Positions 19,586 to 29,971 of a DNA stretch of 64,000 nt are shown here, in pieces. A program made the position numbers and the translations under genes. The stretch lies in the NCBI GenBank assembly GCA_963664405.1, contig OY761158.1, positions 2,752,001-2,816,000 of the forward strand. Direction: 5' to 3'. Within the stretch, counting starts at the first letter, position 1; every line of letters starts with the position of its first letter. The notes beneath the pieces are model-generated. The model saw only the letters and a list, made by a program, of their open reading frames with translations, was not told the origin of the DNA and made no database searches. This stretch comes from Thermoanaerobaculia bacterium. GTDB taxonomy: Bacteria > Acidobacteriota > Thermoanaerobaculia > Multivoradales > Multivoraceae.

Positions 19586-20515
19586 CTATTCGGCCCTGAC
19601 GTTGCCACGGGCTCGATCGCGCTCACGCTGCGCCCGCCGCCGCTCTCCCTTCGCTCGTAGCGCCTCGCGGTTGGAGTCGTCGACGCGCGAGTAGGAGTCG
19701 CGCCAGTCCGGATCTCCTGGCCAGACGAAGAGCGACTGCACGGTGGTGCGAGGTTGCCGCGCGGACTCGAGCAGCTCCAGCCCGAGCTCGACGATGGTGC
19801 GCTGCATCTCGGGCTGCCAGGGCAGGCCGGCGGAGTTACCCAACGGGAAGTCATTGAAGACGAACCGGGGCACGCCGCAGTGCTCGACGATGTCGCGGGC
19901 AGAGCCCAGGATCACGGTTGGCAGGCCGTTGGCCTCGAGGTGCCGAGCCGTCAAACTGACGGTCTGATGACAGACCGGTCAGAGTGGGACCAGGATTACC
20001 ACATCGGCACCGTCTTCGCGGCAGCGGTGCAAGATCTCGGGCGCGTCGTTCTCGACAGTCCGGCGGTGGCTGTACTCCGTTGGGACGCCGTGACAGCGAT
20101 CGGCGAGGCGGCCGATGCGGCCTTCCTCGGCGAGCTCTGTCAAGCGGTGCACCGGCAGAAAGGAGTCCAGGTCGTCGGTGTTTGTCACCTCCTTGTGCCA
20201 GCTCAGGTCGTCGGTGTAGAGCGAAGGGGGCTCGCCGGAAGAAAAGGAGTGAACTCGGCGTAGGGGTCTGGGATCACCCACCTTCCAACCCGGTGGAGAC
20301 GGCTCGTTGGCGGTCGTGATCAGAGACACCACCGACTCTGAAAGAGGTTTGTTGAGAGGGGTGAGGGGTACGTTCTGGTGATAGGCCCAGCGATAGGGAC
20401 GCTCGAAGCCCTGAGCTTCGTAATGTTCTCGGGTTCTGTCGATGTAGCGGACGAAAGTTGTGCGCGTCGTCGCCGGGGTCAGCTCGCGTGGCTTTTCCGA
20501 GAGTGCTTGGCTCAT
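19586..20515 (-). CDS. GrdB/PrdB-like (reductase selenoprotein B family) selenoprotein (UxxC, TGA at 19979-19981)
   Basis: DGADVVILVPL-TGA-PVCHQTVSLTARHLEANGLPTV...VPR...FPLG is in frame; hairpin CCGTCA-GTT-TGACGG 16 nt downstream. Confidence 0.85.
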
Positions 20516-20642
20516 GCTGCTTTCCTGCGTTCGGTCGCTCCGGCCATGTTAAACCGGCTCGGCCACTGTTGCCCAGCGGACGCGACCCTGGTTGGCGAGA
20601 GCCTGTGCTAGCGTCGCACTCTTGCCCTCAAGGAGAAGTGTG

Positions 20643-22280
20643 ATGTGGAAGACGATTCGCCTCTTGGCGCTGCTCTGTGTTTGCCTGGCTTGTAGCCCTT
20701 CAGAGGAGGCCGCTTTGGACCCTCAACCTGCCTCCCTTGGTCCGGTCCTCGAGACCGCCAATGGACAATTGGAGGGAGACTGGGTCGACGAGACGCAGGA
20801 CGTTTTGGTCTTCCTCGGCGTGCCCTTCGCGAAGCCCCCGGTCGGCGACCTTCGCTTTCGGCCCCCGCAGCCGCCGCAATCCTGGGAAGGCACTCGCTCG
20901 GCGAATCGCTTCAGTCTGCCGTGCTGGCAGCGAGTCTCACCCGAGACCTCGATCTATAGCCGTGGAGAGTTCGAGCGCAGCGAAGACTGTCTCTACCTGA
21001 ATCTGTGGACGCCTGCACGGAGCCGAGAGGAACGACTGCCGGTGATGGTGTGGTTCCACGGCGGCGGCCACCGGAGCGGTCACGCCAACTCACCGACGTT
21101 CGACGGCACCGCGCTGGCGCGAAAGGGCGTCGTGCTGGTTGCGGTCAATTATCGTCTGGGCGCCTTGGGCTTCATGGCCCATCCGGCCCTCACCGCGGAA
21201 TCGGCAAACCGCTCCTCGGGCAACTACGGCATCCTCGACAAGATCGCATCGCTCGAGTGGGTAAGGAACAATGCCAGCGCCTTCGGCGGCGACCTCGACA
21301 ACGTCACCATCTTCGGTCAGTCCGCCAGCTCGGCGAGTGTGTGTACGCTGATGGCGTCGCCGCTCGCACACGGGCTTTTCCACCGGGCGATCGGCCATTC
21401 AGGGAGCTGTATAGGGCCTCGGATGGAGCTTGCCGGCGAGGGCGGAGCCCACAGTCTCGGGCTCAACTTGGCGGCTGCGCTCGGAGTCGAGGGAGAGGGC
21501 GCCGAGGCGACTGCCGCGTTGCGGGAGCTCGAGCCTGAAGCGATTCTCGACGCTTCGCAGGGTGGCACTACTCGCAGCCCCGGCATCCAGATCGACGGCT
21601 GGGTGGTGCCCCGGCAGATGCGAGAGATCTTCGCTGCCGGCGAGCACAACCGAGTGCCAATGATCGCTGGCTGGATGGCGGATGAAGGCAAGGGGCTCTA
21701 TTCGACTCTGCAGGGACGGCCCCGGCCGCAGCTCGAAACCTGGATCGAGACTCGCTACGGTGCTCATGGCAACGCTCTCTTGGCCGAATACGGCCCCGAG
21801 ATCGAGGCGTCTACAAGAGCTGCAGAACAGGCGATCCTAGGCGATCAGATCTTCGGTTGGGGAACCCGCGCCTGGGTCCGCGAGGTCGAAGGGGCGGGCG
21901 ATCCCGCTTTCCTCTACTTCTTCAGCCAAGCGCCTCCGGTCTTCCTGCTCTACCTTCCCGATCGTCCGGCGCTCGAACTTGCCGAGGGCCCGCGCAGCTA
22001 CGGCGCCTATCACTCCGGCGACCTGCCCTACGCTTTCGCCAATCAGCACCTGGTCGGCTACGGCTGGAACGAGACGGATCGCGAGATCTCTCGCGTCATG
22101 TCGCAGTACTGGGTGAATTTCGCCCGCAGCGGCGACCCCAACGGTGAAGGGCTTCCGGCTTGGCCTCGCTACGACACAGAAGGCGACCAGGCGATCGAGC
22201 TCGGTGCCGAGATTGGTGCCGTCTCCGGTGCGATCAAGGAGAAGCTCGATATCTTCGACGCCATAGCCGGCTCAGGGTAG
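20643..22280 (+). CDS. Carboxylesterase type B, probable lipoprotein
   Basis: FLGVPFAKPP, SEDCLYLN, HGGG, GQSAS nucleophile elbow, AYHSGDL. Confidence 0.92.
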   Translation: MWKTIRLLALLCVCLACSPSEEAALDPQPASLGPVLETANGQLEGDWVDETQDVLVFLGVPFAKPPVGDLRFRPPQPPQSWEGTRSANRFSLPCWQRVSPETSIYSRGEFERSEDCLYLNLWTPARSREERLPVMVWFHGGGHRSGHANSPTFDGTALARKGVVLVAVNYRLGALGFMAHPALTAESANRSSGNYGILDKIASLEWVRNNASAFGGDLDNVTIFGQSASSASVCTLMASPLAHGLFHRAIGHSGSCIGPRMELAGEGGAHSLGLNLAAALGVEGEGAEATAALRELEPEAILDASQGGTTRSPGIQIDGWVVPRQMREIFAAGEHNRVPMIAGWMADEGKGLYSTLQGRPRPQLETWIETRYGAHGNALLAEYGPEIEASTRAAEQAILGDQIFGWGTRAWVREVEGAGDPAFLYFFSQAPPVFLLYLPDRPALELAEGPRSYGAYHSGDLPYAFANQHLVGYGWNETDREISRVMSQYWVNFARSGDPNGEGLPAWPRYDTEGDQAIELGAEIGAVSGAIKEKLDIFDAIAGSG

Positions 22281-24227
22281 CGCCAACGCCACCAGCTCCG
22301 AGGGAAAAGAAGCGCCGCCGACCGAGACCGCGATGTACTGCTTGCCCTCGAACATATAGGTCATAGGCGCTGCGATGCCGTTGGCCGGAAGATCGATCTC
22401 CGCCACCAGCTCACCTGTCGCTTTGTCAAAGGCGCGTAGGCGTGGCTCGACCATCCAGGTGTCGATCTCGAGCGCGTGCTGATCTTCGCTGAAGCGAAGG
22501 TTGCCCCAAGGCCCCTCCTGTGAGACGAAGAGCAGCGATCGCGTCACCAGGGGAGCACCGCGGTTCGACCAACCTAGCGGCGGCAGATCCAGGTCTCTGA
22601 GTCTTGGGTGGTCACGAGGGCCGCTGCCGAGGGGCGACATCCAGACATGCTCGCCGGTGTTGAGATCGATCGCAGTGACCCGGCCATAGGGGGGCTTGAA
22701 GAGGGGCAGGCCATCCGGCCCCTCGACCATGGTGGGGCTTGCCGAATAACGGAAGTGCGAGCGGGCGGTGTCGTTGGGGAGCAGGCTGAAGGCGACGGGA
22801 CCGGTGTGGGAGGGTACGTAGAGGATGCCCGTTTCCGGGTCTACGCCTGCCCCGGTCCAACTCGCGCCGCCGGCCCAGCCGGGCAGGTAGATCGTGGGCC
22901 GCTCGGTGTCGAAGGGACTGAAGATCGGCCCGTAGTTGAAGTCGGCGAGAATCTTCTCAGCCTCGGCGCGGAGCTCGGGAGTGAAATCGATCAAGTCCTC
23001 TGGGCGAACCCCTTGGCGCTCGAAGGGCGGCGGCTTGGTGGGAAAGGGCTGGGTCGGCGACAGCTTCTCGCCGGGCACGGTCGAGGCGGGGACCTTGCGC
23101 TCCTCGATCGGCCAAACCGGCTCGCCGGTTGCGCGATCGAAAACATAGGTGAACCCCTGCTTACTGACCTGCGCGACCGCCTTGATCTTCTTGCCTCTGA
23201 CCGTGATGTCGACCAGGTTGGGGGCGCTGGGGAAGTCATAGTCCCAGATGCCGTGATGCACGCCCTGGAAGTGCCAGACTCTCTTGCCGGTGGTGACGTC
23301 GACTGCGACCAGACTCTCGGCAAAGAGGTTGTCGCCCGGCCGTTCTCCTCCGTAGTAGTCACTGGTGGGGGTTCCGAAGGGGAGATAGACGTAGCCGAGC
23401 TCCTCGTCGCAGCTCATCAGGCTCCACACATTGGTGTTGCCGGTGTGCTCCCAGGAGCCGTCTTCCCAAGTCTCGTTGCCGAATTCGCCCTGTTGAGGAA
23501 TCGAGTGGAAGGTCCACAGCTGCTTACCGGTGCGCACATCGAAGCCGCGCACATCGCCCGGCGGCGCGTTGCGTCGGATGGCGAGGTCGGCGATCGAAGC
23601 GCCGACCACCGCGACGTCACCGCAGATCGTCGGTGGTGAAGTGACAGAGTAGTAACGGCGTCGGATGGGACGGCGCAGACCTTCCGTGAGGTCGATCCGT
23701 CCGTCGTCTCCGAAAGAGGTGATCGGCGTCCCGGTCTTCATATCGAGGGCGATCAGGTGCGCATCGCCGGTGCCGAGGAGCAGGCGAGACTCTTGGCCGT
23801 CGGACCAATGGGACAGACCGCGATGGACGAAGCCGGTGTTATTGGGTCGGCCGGATTCGTGGCTCTTGGAGTCGTAATGCCACAGTGTCTTGCCGGTCCC
23901 CGGGTCGATTGCGACAGCGTGACTGTGAGAGGTGGTGGTGTACAGGACCCCGTCGATCACCAGTGGGGTCGCTTCGTACCAACCAGGTCGGTACTTTGGC
24001 TCCTTCTCCGCCATCGCGTTTTCGGGCGAGCTCCAGCGCCAGGCGATGCGAAGCTTGTTGACGTTCGATTTGTCGATCTGATCGAGCGGGGCGTACTTGG
24101 TGCTCCATGAGTCGCCGCTGTAGCTCGCCCACTCCGAAGACTCAGCGCTCTTTTCGGCGGCAAAGAGGGTCGCTTGCAGCAAGACAAATGTCCCGCAGAA
24201 GACCATGATGGCTCCGAGTCGACTCAT
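22272..24227 (-). CDS. PQQ-dependent (glucose-type) dehydrogenase
   Basis: YAPLDQIDKSNV, EATPLVIDG, HHGIWDYD, PPYGRVTAIDL, APMTY. Confidence 0.92.
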   Translation of the reverse strand: MSRLGAIMVFCGTFVLLQATLFAAEKSAESSEWASYSGDSWSTKYAPLDQIDKSNVNKLRIAWRWSSPENAMAEKEPKYRPGWYEATPLVIDGVLYTTTSHSHAVAIDPGTGKTLWHYDSKSHESGRPNNTGFVHRGLSHWSDGQESRLLLGTGDAHLIALDMKTGTPITSFGDDGRIDLTEGLRRPIRRRYYSVTSPPTICGDVAVVGASIADLAIRRNAPPGDVRGFDVRTGKQLWTFHSIPQQGEFGNETWEDGSWEHTGNTNVWSLMSCDEELGYVYLPFGTPTSDYYGGERPGDNLFAESLVAVDVTTGKRVWHFQGVHHGIWDYDFPSAPNLVDITVRGKKIKAVAQVSKQGFTYVFDRATGEPVWPIEERKVPASTVPGEKLSPTQPFPTKPPPFERQGVRPEDLIDFTPELRAEAEKILADFNYGPIFSPFDTERPTIYLPGWAGGASWTGAGVDPETGILYVPSHTGPVAFSLLPNDTARSHFRYSASPTMVEGPDGLPLFKPPYGRVTAIDLNTGEHVWMSPLGSGPRDHPRLRDLDLPPLGWSNRGAPLVTRSLLFVSQEGPWGNLRFSEDQHALEIDTWMVEPRLRAFDKATGELVAEIDLPANGIAAPMTYMFEGKQYIAVSVGGASFPSELVALALP

Positions 24228-24277
24228 GAATCACCTCCCCTGTCTGTTGCGTGGCGGGGATGGTATCAGGGCCTCGA

Positions 24278-25138
24278 TCACCTTGGAGAAGGGCCCGGTT
24301 CCCGACTGCTCGGCGATCGGAGGGCTATCCCCACGCCTCCGAGGATGAGTACAGAGGAGATGAACAGGCGTAGGGTGATGTCCTCTGCCATGAAGATCAC
24401 TCCTCCAGCGGCTGCGATCATTGGGACCGACAACTGGACAGTGGAGGCTACCGTTACGCTGAGGCCTGCGAGGGCCGCATACCAGATGGAATAGCCGACG
24501 CCGGAGGCGAGAGCACCGGAGGCGATCGCAAGCAAGCCGCCGGTCGGGGTGATGTGGAAATCGGACAGGCTCGCCAGGCTGACGATCGCCACCATGGGGA
24601 CACTGCGAAGAAAATTGCCCGCGGTGTCGGCCAACGGGTGGTCCGAGTCGCGACCGCGCAGCGAGTAGAAACCCCACGCCACGCCCGCTACCGCCATCAA
24701 CACCGAGCCGATCGGCTCTGGCGCTCCGAGACCTGGCAGCACGAGATAGATCAGGCCCGCTGTCGCTCCGAGCAACCCTAGCCACTGCAGGGGATGGGGA
24801 CGCTCGCCCGCTCCCAATGCGGCGATGAGCATGGTCGCCTGCACCGCCCCGAAAAGGATCAATGCGCCGGTCCCCGTTGCAAGGGCCTTGTAGGCAAAGG
24901 AGAAGGGAACCGCGTAAAGCAGCAGGAATGCTGCCGAGGCCCAGCTGCCGCCGCGCGCTGGGTCCGTCGACTTCCTCAAGAGCTTGTGCAGAATCCAGAG
25001 GATGAGCGCGCCAGATACCAGTCGCAGGGTAGAGAAGCTTGCCGCGTCGATCCTCGACCCGGCGAGCGCCCCCCGGCACAAGATCGAATTGGCCGCGAAG
25101 GCCACCAGGGCAAGCGTCGTAAGGATTGAGGTACGCAA
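24278..25138 (-). CDS. EamA/DMT transporter
   Basis: AFAANSILCR, about 10 TM segments, QLSVP. Confidence 0.85.
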   Translation of the reverse strand: MRTSILTTLALVAFAANSILCRGALAGSRIDAASFSTLRLVSGALILWILHKLLRKSTDPARGGSWASAAFLLLYAVPFSFAYKALATGTGALILFGAVQATMLIAALGAGERPHPLQWLGLLGATAGLIYLVLPGLGAPEPIGSVLMAVAGVAWGFYSLRGRDSDHPLADTAGNFLRSVPMVAIVSLASLSDFHITPTGGLLAIASGALASGVGYSIWYAALAGLSVTVASTVQLSVPMIAAAGGVIFMAEDITLRLFISSVLILGGVGIALRSPSSREPGPSPR

Positions 25139-25141
25139 ACG

Positions 25142-25588
25142 CTACCGGCGCCGAATGGGCATGGTGTAGCAGACCGCGTCGCCATCGAGGACCAAAGTTC
25201 CGTCGCCGCGGGTCACACTCGTACGCAGCTTGGTAATCGGCTTGTCGTCGCGCACTTCTACAACTTCGACCCGTCCACAGATGGTGTCACCGGGTCGCAC
25301 CGGAGCCTTGAAGCTCCAGCCGACCTGTAGAAATACCGTGCCGGGCCCCGGCAGATCTTCGGCGACGACGGCGTTTAGAATCGCGCTGGTCACCCCCCCC
25401 TGAACGACGATCTCGCCGAAACGGGTGCTCTTGGCGACCTCTTCGTCGTAGTGCAAGGGATTTCGGTCGCCGCTGATCTCGGTAAAGAGTTGGATGTCGA
25501 TCGGCCCGATGATACGGGATCGCTCGGCGACTTGGGCCACCTGAGGCTTTCCCCCTGGCCACACCTCGTTTCTCTCGACTTTCTTCAT
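25142..25588 (-). CDS. MaoC-family dehydratase
   Basis: SGDRNPLHYD, LPGPG, FKAPVRPGD. Confidence 0.88.
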   Translation of the reverse strand: MKKVERNEVWPGGKPQVAQVAERSRIIGPIDIQLFTEISGDRNPLHYDEEVAKSTRFGEIVVQGGVTSAILNAVVAEDLPGPGTVFLQVGWSFKAPVRPGDTICGRVEVVEVRDDKPITKLRTSVTRGDGTLVLDGDAVCYTMPIRRR

Positions 25589-25638
25589 GCGCTCTCTTCC
25601 GCCGTCTCTCAGGGCAGTCGGGCGTCTCAGTGTGGCCT

Positions 25639-26874
25639 TCAGGCAGCGCTGGCCGCCTGCATCACCTCGAGGCTGAGCAGGTTGTCCACCTCTTCATTCA
25701 TGGCGCGACTGAGCTCCAGGAGATGGCCTCTGACCTCCTCCAAGCTCCAATCAAAGGCGGCGACCTGATCGCTGAGACCGATGAAGTCGGTCGACAGCCG
25801 ATCTCGTATCCGTCCATAGGCTGCCAGGGCGTCCTCCTCTCGAGACCAACCGCTCAGGGTACTTGTGATCGCCTGGGCGAGGAACTCCGAGTCGCGTAGA
25901 GCGTCGGTCATGCCGTGGGCGCTCAGGGGATCTTTGAAGTGGCTGGCATCGCCGACCAGTGCCCACCCCGGTCCGAAAGGCTGGCGCCAGAAGCCTGGCG
26001 CACCTGGGAAGCCACGAAACTTCGACTCGCGCGATGTTGTGCCTTGCATTCGTGCATGGGCCTCGGGAGCGGCTTCCTCGAGCACTCGATAGAACGAGCC
26101 CTCGAGGTCGGAGCGCATTTCGCTCATGAAGCGCCGTTCAGGAACACCAGCCCACACACAGGTCTCGCCGTTGTTGGTCGGAATGAGCCCGGCGGTAGCG
26201 TTCTCTTGGTAGAACCACTCATAGCCGTCGGCAGGCAATCCGGAGAAGTAGGCGTAGACCACACCGGTGCTGTGCTCGCCGGTCCAGAGTTTCTCGGCCC
26301 CGACTGCCGTCGCAACAGTCGAGCGGATGCCGTCGGCACCGACGGTGATTCTGGCTCTGGCCTCGAAGCGATCGCCGTCGCCGTCTCGCGCGACGATGCC
26401 GTGAACCCGTCCGCTGCTGTCTCGGATGACATCGTCGACCGAGACGCCAAAGCGAGCCTCGACCCCTGACGCCTCGGCGGCATCGACCAGAATCGAATCG
26501 AGAACGGTCCTGCGCGGTGCGTAGAGGGCGTCGACGCCGAACTTGGGCTTCATCGGGATGGTGTCGAAGTGATCGCCGTAGTGGATGACCGTCTGTCTCA
26601 CCGCCGGTGTGCCGGCCTCGATCACCTTGTCGAGCACGCCCCAGCGGTGCAGCTGCAGAACGCCGGCCCGCATCAACGCGTGGGTGGAGAGGGTGTCGGT
26701 GCCGGGTCGACGCCGGTCGACCATGAGTACGCGATGGCCCTTGCGGGCGAGCTGCATCGCCGTTGCCGCTCCCGCGACTCTGGCGCCGACGACGATCACA
26801 TCGTGGGTACCGTCCAATTTCGGTTTTTGTTCAGTCATGGGTGCTCCTGCTGGGGGGTCCGCCACTGTTTTCAT
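25639..26874 (-). CDS. FAD-dependent monooxygenase/oxidoreductase
   Basis: VVGARVAG, VGADG, LVGDASHFKDPLSAHG. Confidence 0.85.
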   Translation of the reverse strand: MKTVADPPAGAPMTEQKPKLDGTHDVIVVGARVAGAATAMQLARKGHRVLMVDRRRPGTDTLSTHALMRAGVLQLHRWGVLDKVIEAGTPAVRQTVIHYGDHFDTIPMKPKFGVDALYAPRRTVLDSILVDAAEASGVEARFGVSVDDVIRDSSGRVHGIVARDGDGDRFEARARITVGADGIRSTVATAVGAEKLWTGEHSTGVVYAYFSGLPADGYEWFYQENATAGLIPTNNGETCVWAGVPERRFMSEMRSDLEGSFYRVLEEAAPEAHARMQGTTSRESKFRGFPGAPGFWRQPFGPGWALVGDASHFKDPLSAHGMTDALRDSEFLAQAITSTLSGWSREEDALAAYGRIRDRLSTDFIGLSDQVAAFDWSLEEVRGHLLELSRAMNEEVDNLLSLEVMQAASAA

Positions 26875-26889
26875 CGTGCCTACTTCTTA

Positions 26890-26915
26890 CTCAGGGGAAG
26901 AGGTGGCAAGGTTAC
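26890..26915 (-). promoter_or_regulatory. Conserved upstream motif GTAACCT-N9-TTCCCCTGAG
   Basis: Same motif and spacing at 27686-27711. Confidence 0.55.
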
Positions 26916-26928
26916 ATGTCGCATTCGC

Positions 26929-27651
26929 TTAGGCGGCCCGCTGGTAGGCGCTCCTCTCGCGGCGGGCGCGCAGCGACGCCTCATCGCAGATCTGGACGAA
27001 GAGCACATTCTGGCCGTTGCTTCCGCCCAGAGATGAGACTCCGTCAACGGCTCTCCTCAGCAACTGAGCCGCGACTTGATAGTCACCGCTCGCGAAAGAG
27101 CGCAGTGCCCATGCCACGGGCAGCAGAGCCCGGCACCGCTCGTCGGCGACAGAGGAGATGTAACCATCCAGCCACTCATCCAAGATCGCCAGATCCCGGG
27201 CGCCGGCCAGGGCCAACACGTTGTGGAGCTCGACGTAGGGATCGCCTTCCGGGCTGTGTCGCGCCATCGCGGCACCGCGGACGGCACTCCAGTCGATGTC
27301 GATCGCTCCGGTACCCGAGAGGAGGAAGCGCCACAACAACGAAGGGCCATCGGTCAGTGCTTCGTTCGAAGAGACAGCCGGGAGGATGGAGTGCTCGAAA
27401 CGGTCGAAGGCGTCACCCAGGCGGCCGGTCGAGAGCTCAAAAACGGCCATGTGCCACTGTAGATGGACCCAGTCGCTGCCGCTACCGGTGTGCTGCTGCA
27501 GCCAGTCGCCGAGGAAGCGGTAGCCCTCTTCGAAACGCCCTGAGTCGAGGAGCTCGTGGCTCGCAACGTGAGTAGCTCCCGCGTCTCCGGTGTTAAAGGC
27601 GGCGAAGCCGCTGATGTCCCGATAGGTTTCGTGAGTGGTTGTGCTCTGCAT
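26929..27651 (-). CDS. TTC38-like helical-repeat protein
   Basis: HLQWHMAVFEL, DGPSLLWR, LGGSNGQ. Confidence 0.6.
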   Translation of the reverse strand: MQSTTTHETYRDISGFAAFNTGDAGATHVASHELLDSGRFEEGYRFLGDWLQQHTGSGSDWVHLQWHMAVFELSTGRLGDAFDRFEHSILPAVSSNEALTDGPSLLWRFLLSGTGAIDIDWSAVRGAAMARHSPEGDPYVELHNVLALAGARDLAILDEWLDGYISSVADERCRALLPVAWALRSFASGDYQVAAQLLRRAVDGVSSLGGSNGQNVLFVQICDEASLRARRERSAYQRAA

Positions 27652-27685
27652 CTCGTTCCTCCGTTCTTGGCCTCGTCAAGAGGTT

Positions 27686-27711
27686 CTTAGGGGAATCGAG
27701 GACGAGGTTAC
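27686..27711 (-). promoter_or_regulatory. Conserved upstream motif GTAACCT-N9-TTCCCCTAAG
   Basis: Matches 26890-26915; enclosed by a CCTCGTCA..TGACGAGG inverted repeat. Confidence 0.55.
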
Positions 27712-27765
27712 TCATCTTGGACCTCTGACGAGGAACGCCAATGCCGACCCCGCTTCAACTCGCCG

Positions 27766-29970
27766 CTAGGGAGTTGAGCCGGCCGTGGCTTCGGAGAGCC
27801 AGTTCTCGGCAAGGGAGAGCCGCGCCGGCTCCGTTTCTGAAAGAAGCAGGACCCGTTGACCGTCAGGCGCGAAGGACCAATCGCGCCCGGTCGTGCGGGT
27901 GTATCGATCCGGCGCGACTTCGATCGGACTACCGACCCGAAGCTCCGGGGTGAGCTCGACGTCGACCCTGAAGATTGTGCCTTCGCCTCGATAGAGGATC
28001 ACATCTCCTCTCGGCGACCAGAGAAGATCGACAACAACCCCCTGGGAGATCGGCACTCGACCCGCTGAGCCGTCGACCTTCGATAGGTAGGCCTGGAAGG
28101 CGCCTGACTCGTTGGACATGAAGACGTAAGAGCTGCCGTCGGGCGAGAAATCCGCATTGCCCGCCAAGAACGGGGTTTGGTGCAGCGGGCGGGCCTCGCC
28201 GCCGTCGGTCGGCACCAGCCAGACTCCTCCTGCATGGTTGGTGATGACGTAGGCGCCGTCGGCCGTCGCCGCGACCGGGCGACCATGGTCGAGGTCACCC
28301 ACCATTTCGGCGTCGCCGGCGCCGTCGGCCCTTCTTCGATAGAGAGTTCTGGTGCCTTGCCTCTCGGACCAGAAGACGAGGCTGCGGTCCTTCTCTATCC
28401 ATACTGGTGACTCGTTGACTCCGGTAAAGGTCAAGCGAGTCTTTCGCTGGTCGTGGAGGTCGAAGATCCAGATGTCGGCCCACTCGCCCGGCGAGGTCAT
28501 CGAGACCGCGAGGCGGTCACCCGCGGATGAGAGTGCGGGTGCGCTGTAGTGGCCGGCGGGGATTCCGACCTCGGTTTCCCCGCCCTCGAGGTCAAGCCAC
28601 ACCGGGCGATTCTGTGCCGGCGTAGCCTGTACCAGTAGACCGTCATCCGCGATCGCGATTTGACGTAGACCCCAGGGTCCGGTCGCCTCGATCTCAGCCG
28701 GCGGCCGAGGAGGTCCGAGGATGTGTCCTCTCTCAGCATCGAAGGGAGCGAGGAGAGGCCGACTCCCTTGGAAGAAGAGAATGTGGCCGCTCGGCAGGTA
28801 GCGAGCGTACGTGCCGTCGGCGAGTACGCGGACCGATCCGTCATCGCGGGACAGGAGGCCGACACGAGCCAGCTCGTCGCTCCCTCCCCAGATCGTGAAG
28901 ATGACCCACCGCGAACCGGGAAGCACTTGCGGCCAGCGATGACTCTCTTCCTCCTCGCCGGATCCGGCATCGTGAGAACCTCGGGGTCACCGCCCGTAGC
29001 CTCGATCTGCGATAGGCCGTTTCCTCCTGTCTGGCTGTGGAAGACGATGAAGCCATCGTCTCCCCAGGAACCTCCCCAGTTGCGGACTAGATCCTCGGCA
29101 AGGACGGTCACTGGACCGCCGCCGATCGAGGCAACCTTCAAGTCATTGTCGCTCCGGGCGAAGAAGCCGACGCGAGACCCATCGGGAGAGAAGAAGGGAA
29201 ACTCACCCCGCTCGGTGCCGGGGATGGGCTCTGATGTGTCGCGATCGAGGCGCCTCAGTTGCAGAGCGCGCAGAGCGTCGATTGGGGCGACGGCGACCAT
29301 GCGCCCGTCGCGTGAAAGAGCGAACGAGTGCACCCCACCCGCCGCCTCGGGCAGCGGAAGCACGAAACGCCGCACCGTAGCTCGACTCGACTCGACCACC
29401 TCGGCTCCTCGGGGCCAGAGGCCGGCTGTCAGCAATCCTGAGATCAGCCCCGCGGCGACCCATGCCACGCGAGAGGCTGCGATGCGGGCTCGGGCAGGCC
29501 GTCGAGGCAGAGGAGGAGCGGTCCCGGCTTCATCGACATTCCCAGCCAGCATTTCCTCGATCTCGAAGGCGGCATCGCCGATATCGCGCATGCGACGATG
29601 GACGTCTTTCTCGAGGCAGCGGCGAAGCAGACGAACGACTGGCGGTGGAACATCGCTCGGAACGAGTTGCCACTCGGGCTCCTCCTTGAGGAGGTTGGCG
29701 AGCGTTTCAGAGATCGAGTCCCCTCCGAATGGAGGTCGGCCGACGAGGGCCTCGAAGAGGCAACAGCCGAATGCCCAAATGTCGCTTCGTTTGTCTACCC
29801 TGCGGCCCGTGGCCTGCTCCGGGCTCATATAGCCCGCGGTACCGAGGATCATGCCGGGCCGGGTCAGCTCATGCGCCAGGGTCGGTGATTGAGTGAGTGG
29901 CGAGCTGCTCGAATTACTCTTTTCCGCCAAACCTCTGGAGAGGCCGAAATCGAGGAGCTTCGCGGTCCGC
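27766..29970 (-). pseudogene. Ser/Thr kinase-TolB propeller, N-lobe missing, frameshift near 28940
   Basis: Begins at AKLLDFG; YMSPEQ, DIWAFG; propeller split across two frames. Confidence 0.8.
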
Positions 29971-29971
29971 C

